Positions 1-13,824 of a stretch of DNA of 64,000 nucleotides are shown here, piece by piece. This DNA is from the human T2T-CHM13v2.0 reference genome, Homo sapiens. A program made the position numbers and the translations under genes. A model generated the notes under the pieces. That model did not search any database. It was not told where the DNA came from and worked only from the letters and a program-made list of their open reading frames with translations. The DNA lies in the NCBI RefSeq assembly GCF_009914755.1, contig NC_060934.1; one strand, written 5' to 3'. The stretch's first letter is position 1. The number at the start of each line of letters is the position of its first letter.

Positions 1-1184
1 AAGGTAAGTCCCAGCCCCTGCCACCTTGCACCACCTGCTCTACTAGCGGAAGTCAAGGAGGCCACACTGTTTCTCCACCACACTATGCCAGGCTTGACCA
101 GTCAGATGTTCATTCCTGGGACTTTGAGATTTGGCCAAGTGATGTCAAGTCAGAGGGAATATTTGAAGGGACACATTCACCACGGTGACTGAAGCCTTTT
201 GACACCAACTGTTCCTGATATCCCAACACCAATCCCACCAATAACTTTTCCTAAATCCCTCCCCCTTCCACCTTTTCTCCCTAAATATGGACAGAGTTGG
301 TTTCTGATTCTTGCAAATGAGAATACATCTGGGAAACTGAAAAACACTGTTTCTAGCCCACATATAAAAGGGCCACAGGCCTTCCCAACAGACTCTACAC
401 CTAATACATTGCAGGTCCTTCAATAGTAGAGACCACATTTTCTGTTATCTCTTCCCATTCCACCGATGAAACAGACCAACAAAAGAGCTGGGGGACACTA
501 ACCAATATGGACTCCAAAGTCCATATTGAAACTTAGCATGAAGTTAACCGAGAAGAGGCCAAATAGAAGCATCTTAAAGTCTTCTAGAGTAGATTGGGTT
601 GTAAATAATACAACAAGTTCATATACTAAAGTACAAGAATATAAATAACTACACTTCATGTCTGCCTCATGAGCAGACATTATGTCTTAGGTATTTAATT
701 TTAAAGTCACGCTGAACATTATGTTTTAATTAACGAACCTTGCTTCACAAGGCAATGAGGAGCATTTCTGCCAATTAGTGTCAGATCTATCTTTCATACA
801 TATGTCCTCTAATTCCTCACTTGCACTCCGGAATGGCCCAGGGGAAATTAATGACCTCTCTTTCACTTTATGTATATGGGTTTTTCCACCCACTAGTGGC
901 TCACTTTTTGTCACCTCCCTGCCAAAGGACATCTGGAATATCTACAGCTGCATCTGTGGATGCCATTCCTTGATGTATAATCATGGCAAATCCAATTTCC
1001 CTCATAACAAAACCATCAAGAGTGCCCCCGCAACCCCAGGTCCCCAAGCCTTTCCCCTACAACCAGGTTATGCAAGGATGTGTCCAAGTCTGCAAATGGT
1101 AGCTGCCTCCATGAGATCAGAACAGGGCGGGGGGCAACACTGCCTCTTAGATGCCAGCGCAGGCTCCAGCATCAGCCTGCCAGG

Positions 1185-1405
1185 TGAAATTCCTGGTTTT
1201 ACTAGCTGTAAATTCCAGCATTTACTAGCTGTGCAACCTTAACAAGTCCTTTCACTCCTCTTAGGTTTAGCTTCTTTACATGGAAAATTGGACTATTAAT
1301 AGTAGCCACCTTACAGGGGTGTTGGGAGGACTAAATGAAACAGCATGTGTTGCACTTAGAAAATAACCCAGCACTTAGGAAATGCTTAATAAGCGTTTGC
1401 TATTG
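1185..1405 (+). mobile_element. MIR SINE fragment
   Basis: TTACTAGCTGTGCAACCTT...AATAGTAGCCACCTTACAGGGGTGTTGGGAGGACTAAATGA MIR core-like sequence. Confidence 0.7.
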
Positions 1406-2089
1406 CTCTGCCTTCAACTTTGTGAAGTTCAACTTTGTGCCTTCAACTTTGTACACTTTGTGGAGACCTTTCTATCCATCTTTACAACAATCCCATAGAC
1501 CCAAAGGTTCCTAATGTTTGGGGGACTTTTTGGCTTTGCTTTGTTTGGTTTTGTTTTTTTTGCAGGCCACCCACTTGCCTTGCCAAATGCTCCATGAACC
1601 AGGTGCCCAGGATGGTAATGGGCTGCTCTAATTCATTCACATTCTCCCTCACCTGGCTGCCACCTAATCCGGTGCTACAGAGATGTAAGCAACATGTCCT
1701 ATGACTCCCCTAGGAAAAGAAGGGTAGGGAATAGACAGGCAAGATCAGGGATCTGATCCCTGGGGCAGGCAGCAACACAACACACAGTGACAGGGAAGTG
1801 GTGTTAGAGAGGGGGTGAGAGGCAGTGGGTGGTCTAGGCTAGTGGCACCTCCTCTGAGGAGTCCAGCAAAAAGGGGCATGTTCCACCAGATATAAAGGAA
1901 CATGCGACTCTGTAGTCGGGGGATGAGTAGAGCATAGACTTTCAAGAAATATTTGGCATCAATCAAGCTTAAGCTTCCAGGTCCTAGGAATGTAAAGATG
2001 GGGGAAGTGGGAGAGTTGGAATTAGCATTAACTGATGTCCATTTTGCTCGGATTCGAAGAAGGCCACAGTATGAGCCACTCCCATCCCT

Positions 2090-2452
<363 letters not shown>

Positions 2453-2495
2453 TAATTCAGAAGCCCAGGCCCTTTCTTAGAAGCGGGCACAAGGG

Positions 2496-2816
2496 GGCTG
2501 GGTGCGGTGGCTCAAGCTTGTAATCCCAGCGCTTTGGGAGGCCGAAGCAGACGGATCACTTGAGATTGGGCATTTGAGACCAGCCAGGCCAATATGGTGA
2601 AACCCCGTTTGACTCTTCTAAAAAACAAAAATTAGTTAGGTATAATGGCACACATCTGTAATCCCAGCTACTCAGGAGGGTGAGACAGGGGAATCACTTG
2701 AACCCGGGAGGCGGAGGTTGCGGAGGTTGCGGTGAGCCAAGATCACACCACTGCACTCCAGCATGGGCAACAGAGCAATACTCTATCTCAAAAAAAAAAA
2801 AAAAAAAAAAAAAAAA
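2496..2816 (+). mobile_element. Full-length AluS with TSD GGGCACAAGGGG
   Basis: GGCTGGGTGCGGTGGCTCA start, long poly(A) tail, small internal duplication of GCGGAGGTT. Confidence 0.93.
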
Positions 2817-3069
2817 TGGGCACAAGGGGGAAACAGGCCTGCAAAAAGAAGACTCCGAATCTGCTCAGCATTCAGCTTCACAGAGACGGCCCTGGTCCTA
2901 GAGTCTGGGCAGGGTTGGTTCTGAAGATGGGGATGAAAGGAGATCATTTTGGGGCTGGAGAGATGGGGATGCAGGAAGTAAAGCCAGGACATCATGTCAA
3001 CAGGGCCAAGGTGAAAGGTATTGGCTGTGATCATGGAACAAATGAAATCTACTAGATCACCTGAGGTCT

Positions 3070-3559
3070 TGACAAAGATTCTTTGCTTGGCCAAACTTTA
3101 GTCCACTTTTGGAAACTTCTCCTAGGCCCAGCTATGTACTCTCTTGTAAAGTCCACTTTTAGCAAAGAATCCTAAGTCAGTTTAGCAAGAACTCCCACTC
3201 CCACCCTTGATATCAGACCATCCTCAAAATCTGATCAGGTTTCTCATCCTCCACCATCCCCCAAATGATAACTGATCCCCCTGGCCTTTCTTCAGAAAGA
3301 TTCCTTTTAGGTCAGTTTAGCCAGAACCTCCTAGCCCCTGATGTTTCTTCTAAGTAATTTTCCATCCACTGACCCCACCCTGCTCCTTGGCTATAAATTG
3401 CTGCTCGCCCATGCTATGATGTATTCAAAGTTGAGCCAAATCTCTCTCCCCAGCTGCAAGACACCATTGCAGGGGTCCCTCTAGCTATCACAATGGTCCT
3501 GAATAAACTCTGCCTTACAGTGCTTTGACAAGTATCATTGAAAAAATGTTTCTTTAACA
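3070..3559 (+). mobile_element. Solo ERV1-class LTR (MER4-group, MER67-like)
   Basis: TG...CA termini (TGACAAAGATTCTTTGCTTGGCCAAACTTTAG ... TCTTTAACA), TATAAA at about 3392, AATAAA at about 3502, near-TSD GTCT/GTTT; subfamily from memory. Confidence 0.75.
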
Positions 3560-6057
3560 GTTTCAGCAAAGGATTTTGATCTTATCGGTGCTGAGCTCCA
3601 AACCACTGAACTAACCAGACTACCTGAGGCTACAGACTACAAAGCACAACACATGAAGAGAGAAGAAAGGATTCTGGGGTCAGAGTGAACATAAACGCCT
3701 AGTGGTATCACAGCACAAAGCCTTTGTTTAAATAGGAAATGGCACGATAGAAGGCAGCCCTTAGCCCTCCTCTTGCTATTGCAGAGAATAGAATCCTCAT
3801 TAGGTTTCCTGTTTAGGACAAAGTCAGAGGAAAGTCACAGAGGGATCCATCGGAAGAGTCCCAGAGGGAAAGGGAAAGGGAAAGGAGGTGAGATCGTTGA
3901 CACTGAAGACAAAAAGGCTGGGGCGACTTGCTGGCATGGTGAGCCGCCTTACACAGAGGCCAGAGGTAGGCTGTTCTGATGAAATGGATTCGCACATAAC
4001 TGGGGAAGTCTGAGCCAGATACAGGCTGTGCCAATGGGACAGAGTACTGGGACCCAGCCAGGGGACACCCTAGAGAGGTTCTGTAGATGCCTTACACCTG
4101 TTCCATTGCATCATAACCATAACCTCCTCTGTACTGTAGTCACATTTGGGCATGTCAAGTCTCCGTCAAAGCACAGGCTCTGTGAGGGGCACCGTAGGAT
4201 GTATCTTTCTGTTCCCATCACACCCAGCTGAGGGTCCCATCAGAGCTGGCACTCAGCCCATCTTTATTAAATGAACTCTCCCTACATTCCTGCCTACAGT
4301 CATGAGCTGGGTACAATGGCCTCTGAGAGGACACTGAGTGGCAGCCACATGAGCGCCTCCAGGTCAGTAGGAAACCTCGAGAGGGTCCTCCCCGTGTCAT
4401 CCTTCTCTATAATAATCCATCCGCTTCCTCAGCTGGCTGGCCGTCTCCACTCTCTCCACAGATCCACACTGCCATCTGCTGGCAGAAGGCACAGGAGCAT
4501 CTCAACGCCGCTGTGCCCGCCTTGCAGGGCGTGCAGCAATTCCCAATGCCTGATGCCCAGAGTAATGCCCTCCTAACCCTTGGCATGTGACAGTGTCAGC
4601 CGTAGAAACTTCAGGCTCTGTTCCTTGTGACTTCCCAAGCATCTCCCTGTACTCATCCTCCCTTTCTTCACAAATTGTTCTCTAGTTCAGAAACGTGTCT
4701 TCCTCCACCATCCCACCTGGGCATACTGCAGACTCCTTTGACCCTGGGTTAGAGAAAAGAGAGCACAGAAGAGAGCCAGACACCTTCCACTTCGCAGCTC
4801 AGCCCTTCTCTAAGGCACTTCACTACAGATCATGATGCCCGAGCAGGCTTGGTTAGATTTTCTATAGTGAGATCTGTGATTTGTTTGTTTCACATTTCAA
4901 CAACTCAGAAATGAGGATGCATCTTAGAGTCATGAGGTCTCGTGTGAAAACTTTGACACCTTCTGGAGAGATCAAGAAGCACGAGCATTAACGTGTCTCA
5001 CTTTAAATAGGTGAAGTGCATGATGTGTGAATTATATCTCAATAAGGCTACACTTAGTTTTGTTTAAAGCTGTCTCAGGTTGGGTTGGGGAACATGGATG
5101 TATACACAAAGCTAACATTCAAGGATACACTCTACAGGAGCTTTCTCTTTCCATCCTCATAGCCTAATGAGGAGACATCGCCGCTAACCTCACATTACAG
5201 AGCAGGAAATGGGGGCTCAGAGAGGCTGTGCTCTTGCCCAGGGACTCACAGCTGGTACACAGTGCCATCTGCTTTAGAACCCATGTTCTAAACCACTATA
5301 TACTCTTCTTTCACATGTTACTTCTATAAAGGAAAAATAAAAGAAAAATTTCTGTTGTAAGACAACAAACTTTCTTTTTTGATTTAAAAAAAAAAAAGTT
5401 ATGGTAGGAAGTATCCAAGATGTCCTCCAATAGGTGAATGTATAAACAAACCTTGTGTATCTGTAACAAGAACATTATTCCATGATAAAAAGAAATAAGC
5501 TAACAAGCCATGAAAGGACATGGATGAACCTGAAATACATATTGCTAAGTGACAGAAGCCAGCATGAAAAATTCTACATGCTGTTTGATTCCTATTATAT
5601 GGTATCTGGAAAAAGCAAAACTATAGAGACAGTAAAAAAAAAAAAAAAAAAAAAAAATCACTGGTTGCCAGGACCTTACGGGGAAATAGGAGGTTGAAAT
5701 CAGGGAAGCCCAGGGGATATTTTTTTCAGGTGGTGAAACTATTCTGTATGATTGTGTAATTGTGGATACATGACACTATGCATTTATCAAAACATACTGA
5801 ACCTTACAGCACACAGAGTGAACCATAATGTATGCAAATTGAAAAAAAAAAACCATTTAGGAGGTCAAAGGAATCCCAGGATGGAATGCAGTATGTGATA
5901 AAATGATCTAACTATATTAAAATGTATGAAACTGTAATACCTTACTGAAAGAAGGGGAGGGGGTGAGAAGGAAGGTGCTGACCTAAGCAACTTTGGAAAT
6001 AAATGAGTGGAGTCTGTAAAACCGAAGCAAAAATAATTGCATATAAACACTATACTC

Positions 6058-6362
<305 letters not shown>

Positions 6363-6745
6363 TCAAGTTGATAAAGCTGTTCCCCACAGTATACAGGTTA
6401 GCAATCTTAACACTGCTACACATGTACACTAGAATTAAGCAATTAAGTGAAATATAAGTGAAATGGATGGCGGATGGTGGGAGCCAAGTTCTCACTGATG
6501 AAGTAGGAAGTCACAGAGAAGCAAGGGGAGATGATCATGAATTAGAGTTGGAGACATCAGTGTGAACTCATGTTTAGTTTAATATAGAAACAGATGGTTA
6601 CATATAGAAACACTGAAAGATAGTTGTGTGTGTATATATATATATACATATACATATGCATACCTCTTTGTCCTTGCTCTCAGCTGAGACGGCCTAGCAG
6701 CAAGGACAAGCCAGTAAGAGAACCTATCTAGTGCTCAGATCTTGG

Positions 6746-7085
<340 letters not shown>

Positions 7086-7226
7086 TGGATCTTGGTTTTA
7101 AATACCTTTCTCCGGTAAAAGGCACTAGAGCTTCTTAAAGAAATGATTGATTCTAGAATTGGAGCAGGAAATACACAAGATGAGCCTGGAGCAATTTGTA
7201 GTGCCAGAAAGTAAAGAAGTGCTTAC

Positions 7227-7227
<1 letters not shown>

Positions 7228-7265
<38 letters not shown>
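7228..7265. repeat. (CA)n microsatellite, about 19 units
   Basis: Read directly from the sequence. Confidence 0.97.
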
Positions 7266-7267
<2 letters not shown>

Positions 7268-8864
7268 TGGGATATATCAAAGGAACACAGGAGACAGCTG
7301 AAAGAGCCCTCAGTGGCCAAAGCTGGAACAATTTAAAGAAAGCAGTATTGATTATAATCCAAAGTATAAAATAAATATCTGCAAGCCTATACAAATATGA
7401 AAAAATAAAAGAATGTGGAAAAAGAGACAAATCTGTGCAGAAGCATTCTAAATAATTTACATATATTCTGTGCCCTCAAGAAAGTTGAACATAACTTCCA
7501 CTCCTTAAGTATGGGCTACACGTAGTGACTTTCCAAGAATACAGGATAAGCAGGGGGTTGAAAGAGTCACTTTCCTATGGAGAAATATGACAAACACTGC
7601 CTCAGCCAGATGATCAAGGTTAACCTCATCAGTCAAAAGCCATGTTGATAGTATGTACCCTTGACATGATGTGACAAAAATGGCACTTTACCTCCATCGA
7701 CTTCCGCCTATAAAACTAAAACCACAGTCTAATCATGAGAAAAATATTTAAAATCCCAATATAAGGATATTCCACAAAATATTTGACCAGTATTCCTCAA
7801 AACTGTCCAGGTCATCAAAAATGAAGAAAATCTAAGAAACTGTCACAGCCTAAGAAGACAGGACAACTAAATATAATGAGGGACTCCGGATGGGATTCTG
7901 GAAGAGAAAAAGGACATTAGCTAAAAACTAGGGAAATCTGAATAAAGTGCAGCCTTTAGTTACTAATACTGCGATAACATTGGTTCGTTAATTGTGACAG
8001 ATGTACTATACTAAGATCTGAATAATAGTGAAAACTAGGTGTGGAGCATAAAGAAACTCTCTGTACTTTCTTCGCAGTAAATCTAAAACTGTTCTAAATA
8101 ATAAAGTTTGTTTTTAAAAATAATGATATAGGAAATTTGGGAGGTATTTGGGAAGGAAGAAATAAGGGACAATAAATAGAGAATTCAAAACAGAATTGCA
8201 CATCTCCTTCTTGTTTAAAAATATAGGTGCCCTGTCACGATAAACAACTAACATTTACTGAGAGCTGATTACATGCCTGACAGCATGCTAAGTGATTTGT
8301 GCATATTATTTCTTTTAATCCTCACAAATATGCTGTCAGAATATACCATCACCCTCATTTTGTAAAGGATGAAACTGGAGGTCAGAGAAGATACATAATT
8401 TACCCAACCAAGGTCACCAGCTAGGAAGTAATGGGACTGAATTCAATTCTGCTCCCATCATCCATTCTGTTGTAAACTTGTTTGGAATGTCTTCATCAAT
8501 TCTTAAATGTATCCATCAATAAATATTTATTGAGTAGCTCTTATGTGCCTGGTCCTGAGCAATAGCTGGGGCTGGGCCCCAAGGAACTACAAGTCTAGTT
8601 GGAGAGACATGGGAAAGGTTAAATTTCATAAAGAGAAAGTCAATTACAGTTTGTGAAGAAAATGAATGCCAGCAAAACTTAGAGCAAGGACTTGTAGCTG
8701 GAATAATTGGGAAACACTTCATGAAGAAGCTATGTGGGAATTGCACTAGATTCTAAAGATGGGAAGGAATTCAAAGTTGAAGGACAGGAGGAAGCCCTCC
8801 AGGAAGAAAGGCTGGAGCCAATGACTGTACCTATCTGCCTGCAGAATAGGTGTTAAGGAAGTAG

Positions 8865-9282
<418 letters not shown>

Positions 9283-9385
9283 CCTTCCAACACTCTTTAA
9301 AAAAAAAAAGAAGAAAAAAAGGATGTTTAGAATCCACCCTAACAATTAGAATACAGAGCATTCTGGACTGAGAAAGAGATAAGAA

Positions 9386-9540
9386 CATTAGCTAGGTGCA
9401 CACCTGTAATCCCAGCTACTTGGGAGGCTGAAGAGGAAGGATTGCGTGAGCCCAGGAGTTTGAGGTTACAGTGAGCTATGATTGTGCCACTGCACTCCAA
9501 CCTGGACAACAGAGTGAGACCCTCTCTGTAAATAAGTAAG
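9386..9540 (+). mobile_element. Alu right monomer (FRAM or AluJ fragment)
   Basis: ATTAGCTAGGTG...CCTGTAATCCCAGCTACT...GAGTGAGACCCT. Confidence 0.85.
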
Positions 9541-9895
9541 AAAGAGATCCCCAACCAAATGACCTAGCTTGTCTTTTGCAGCTTCTACTTTCAGAGTGTG
9601 CAGCGGGGAACGCTTAAGCCTCAGGTGTCTGTGATGCTGCTCAGCCGCCAACCTTTCCCTGGCCTCCAGGCTGCCAGGAAGGGGATCCTGGCTGGGTACC
9701 TGTCCTTACAGAGCTTGCAGTGCAGTAAGAAGCCACAGCTTCTGCCCGAGAACCAATTTTAGATCACACATGTGTTTTGTTAGACCTACATGAGATTTTG
9801 TTTTAGTTTGTAAAATGTTACATTGGTTGTAAATGTTTAAAAACTAGGATATGCCCACATACACAGTTTCAGCTCCTCTTTAAAATCCTGTTTCA

Positions 9896-10045
9896 GGCCA
9901 GATGTGATGGCTCACGCCTATAATGCCAGCACTTAGGGAGACAGAGGCGGTAGGATACTACCTTGAGCCCAGGAGTTAGACACCTGCCTGGGCAGCATAG
10001 CAAGACCATGTTCTCCACAAAAAGTAAAAAAGACATAAAAATAGT
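9896..10045 (+). pseudogene. Monomeric Alu-like element, probably a BC200 (BCYRN1) retrocopy; FLAM_C is the alternative
   Basis: Single Alu domain with AGGGAG, GGATA, ACCTGCCTGGGC, GTTCTCCACAAAAAG and an AAAAGAC-type tail; degenerate flanking repeat AAAATC...TTCA. Confidence 0.7.
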
Positions 10046-10216
10046 AAAATCACATCTTCACTCTGCCCCTGTGAGCTCTCTTTATCCCAAGGCAGACAGG
10101 CTGGAGATGGGACTTCCTGCCACCTTTACATAGAGTACTGCTCTCCCATCCATCATAGGCTAATCCTACCAGCTCTAACTCATTCCCTTGCCCACCTGGC
10201 CACTGTTGGCACTGTT

Positions 10217-10782
10217 TCTTTTTAAATTTTGGGGTTTGTTTATTATTGTACTTTAAGTTCTGGTATGCATGTGCAGAACATGCAGGTTTGTTACATAAGT
10301 ACACATGTGCCATGGTGGTTTGCTGCACTCATCAACCCATCATCCAGGTCTTGAGCCCCGCATGCATTAGGGATTTGTCCTTATGGTTTCCCTCCCCTTG
10401 CCCCCCACCCCCCGACAGGCCCCAGTGTGTGATGTTCCCCTCCCTGTGTCCATGTGTTCTCATTGTTCAACTCCTACTTGTGAGTGAGAACACGAGATGT
10501 TTGGTTTTCTGTTCCTGTGTTAGTTTGCTGAGAATGATGGTTTCCAGCTTCATCCATGTCCCTGCAAAGGACATGAACTCATTCTTTTTAATGGCTGCAT
10601 AGTATTCCATGGTGTATATGTGCCACATTTTCTTTATCCACTCTATCATTGATCGGCATTTGGGTTGGTTCCAAGTCTTTGCTATTGTAAATAGTGCCAC
10701 AATAAACATACGTGTGCATGTGTCTTTATAGAATGATTTGTAATCCTTTGGGTATATACCCAGTAATGGGATTGCTGGGTTA
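10217..10782 (-). mobile_element. L1PA 3' end (ORF2 C-terminus plus 3' UTR), 5'-truncated
   Basis: ORF 10467..10805 (PAIPLLGIYPKDYKS...WNQPKC...ETIILSKL) is the L1 ORF2 C-terminus. Confidence 0.93.
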
Positions 10783-10879
10783 AACTTTGTTATTAAACTT
10801 AACACAGATGCAAAACACCATGTAAAGCAAACATGGGGCTTATTGAATTACATAATGAGCACCCTTGTCACTACAACTA

Positions 10880-12230
10880 ATGTCATTTTATTTTCTTCTG
10901 GCCTAAACTGTTGCTTTGAAAATTTCTGATGGCAATATAATTTTTTTTTCACCATAAGTTACTTGGTCTTTTGTCTGATTAACCAGGAAATTTTTTTTAG
11001 GTACAGTAATTCTACCATAAGTATGCCCTGTTGGCTATTCTAGGTTTATTTATTGAGTTATACGGCATGCCTCTTCAAAGTGTAGTTTCGAACTTTTTTT
11101 TATCTCAGGAGTGTTTTCTTATAGTTTTTTATATTTGTTCTGTTCCCTTTAGCTTTCTTCTTTGTTGAAACCTATTATGTAAATGTTGAATGTTGTTGCC
11201 TATCTTCTATATTTCTTTCACTTAAATAATTTTTATTCATTTTGGTTTCAATTCTCCTTTTAGTCATCTCCTGTTTATCTTAAGACATTATCTGTGGTGT
11301 TTATTCATTCCTGTGTTCCTCCTACTTTAGTCTTCATTATTTCAATTGATTTTTTTCTCATTCTTTCCTGAGTTCTCTCACTTAATTCCTCAGCTTCTCT
11401 AATTCTCTGTTGTATATTGTTTTTGCATACACTGTTTTTAAACCTGTAAATGTGCTTTGAACATTACAGATTTTCATCTGTTTATGGGCATGTCTCTGTG
11501 ATGTGTTTCATTGTAGGCACGTCATTCTGCACCTTATTTTCCTTTCTAAGTTTACATAGCATTTTACCTCAACCTTTTTTTCTGTTTCTTATTTTTATGT
11601 GAAATTTTTCTGAACTTCTGGGAGACTTTAGAATAGTTTTTTTCTTATTTAGGGCTCTAGAGCTCCCTTTTCTGTTGATTTCCTGAAGTATTCAAAAATA
11701 TAGCACTTACTTTTGGAGATCTCCTGGCTCTGTTCCCCTCCAAAAGAACCTTCTTTCTCCTTTGCCTCCGCTGTACCTGTCCTGCTCCTCTTTGGCTCCT
11801 ATCCCTCAGCGTGGGGCTTGGTCGTGGGAGTTCCTGGGACGCTGACTGCTCCAGCCCCTGTGGGCCTTACCAAAAACCTCTCATACTCACCCACTGGAGG
11901 TGCAAACTGCTCCCAGTGTTAGTGGCTGTTCTCAGATTGGCTCCGTGAGATTCTGAGCTCCTGATGGCTATTGTGGGGTTCTGTTCTCAGGTCCATCAGA
12001 TACCCCATCACTTCCTTCAGCTTCCTCCTGCACAGATGCTGATAATACGCTGGTTAGTCTTCACGTGCTCTTATTAAGGGTTTGTGGAGATGCTTGACAC
12101 CTGTATATTTGGTGCAAAGCTCATCCCTGAATTTTAGTTTTGCTACCCCAGTTTATCCGTGTTTTTATGAAGTTATTTGGAGAGATTCAAACACTATGGC
12201 ACAACTGCTGCCACCTTGCCAGGATCTGCA
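10880..12230 (-). mobile_element. Highly decayed old L1 (5'/ORF1-like) fragments
   Basis: T-rich strand bias and L1M-like segments; recognised by eye only. Confidence 0.45.
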
Positions 12231-13824
12231 TCGTTGTTCTTAATCCATGATTCTATGAATTTCTTAACTGCTGCACCAGCTACCTGCAGGAACTAGCAAG
12301 CACAGTATCCTTCCTCCCCTCTCGCAGCCCTCCCAGTCCCCCATCTTGTCTCTTGCTAGAGGCCAACGGTGCTTGAAAGATGCCCCAAAGCACTCTACTT
12401 TGTCTTCATATCATTACTGGTATAAACCCCCAGTTGCTGGGAAACACGAGGGCAACACCTCCCTCATGGCTTGTTAGTTCAACCTTGGTTCCTTTCACAA
12501 TTGCCCACCCCTAACCGGGAATGAGCCTGATGAGGAACAACTGATGGTTACTGTCAGGCAGCCAGATGCCAGGCACAGCCCTCAAGCTAAAGAAGTGGTG
12601 AGAGCTGGGGTGGTGGGGGCAGCCCCCTCACTGGCAGGAGGCACAGATGGACTCTTTCCAGAAGGCGAACAAGCGTCCCACAAGTCAGTCCCTGGAGTGT
12701 TCACAGCAGGGGCCCCACATCTGTCCCCTTCCTTGAATCCTCCTACCTTATACATAAAACTTCACCAGGGAATACAGTGAGCAAGACAAAGAAACGAGAT
12801 CAGCTTCCTTCTTTAAATTCAACACAATGCCCATTTTCCTACCCAACATTTATTTTATCATTTATTTAAAAGTGAGGAAGAGTGATTTTTTTTTTTTTTA
12901 TCTACATTTTTATCTCCTCATCTTCCCTCTGAGCTCTGGCACATTAGAGTTTTATTCTGGTCCTCAATCCTTATGGGGCCATCTTGCCTAGTTTATGTCT
13001 CTTGGACTTAATGCCAAGACAAAGCAGGTCCAGGCAGGAAGCTCCAAGCACCCAGCACCTGTTACCTTTGCTTCTCGGGCTACAGCCAATTAAATCAAAC
13101 TTTGCTCTGAGGCTGCCTTGGGGAAGAACAGGTTTAACAGCCTGATGAACAGACAGTGGAGTTGCCGTCACACTTGAGTTACGACTATTTCAACTCCAAA
13201 TCAACTGCGATTCATGCCTCCCATTTCCTCAGCAAGAGAAGACTTTGGGATATCAGAGAAGACAACAGCCTGAGTCCTAAGGGAAATCTTCTAACTTCCA
13301 GAGGAATGACAGATGAGAAACATGCTTAATACATTCTATCATTTGGGGAGAAATTTCTCTTTTAAGTCCAATGTTATGGTACATATTAGAAATATGACCA
13401 AGCATGGACAAAAGGCATTCAAGAATTGATCTTTGATGGATCAAAATATGTCCTATTATTGGGAGGCACTGCTTCTATGCTTTCCTGACCTCGTTAGAAA
13501 TATACCGAGAGGCAGCAGTGAATCTTGCTTCCTCCCACATAGCACATTGAAATCAATGATCCTTGAGAGAAAAAAAAAAAAAAAAAAGAGGAGGGTGGGA
13601 GACGAAAAGCAAACAAATGCTGGTTCATTTGTTTTTAGGCACTCTATGTAGGACCACCCTGGTTCTGAATGGTAAATATAGATTGTTTCATTTCATTTTC
13701 TGCTCCGCCAGGTGGAGAAAGTAATGGGCACTTACAGCCATGCTTTGGTAAATGGCCAAAGTATGCTTATATTTATTCATTTGTCAAAGCCATTCGAATT
13801 AAATATATGGTTTAGGATTTAAGG

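Noticed and set aside
778-1242. 154-aa plus-strand ORF in unique-looking sequence
   Set aside because: Non-ATG (GTG) start, no recognisable domain or exon structure, and it ends in a MIR; compatible with chance.
7147-7430. ORFs with THTHTH and CVCVCV repeats
   Set aside because: Produced by the (CA)n microsatellite.
10467-10805. 112-aa ORF, and similar ORFs at 52862..53104 and 56640..56891
   Set aside because: C-terminal fragments of L1 ORF2 in truncated, dead L1 copies; not host genes.
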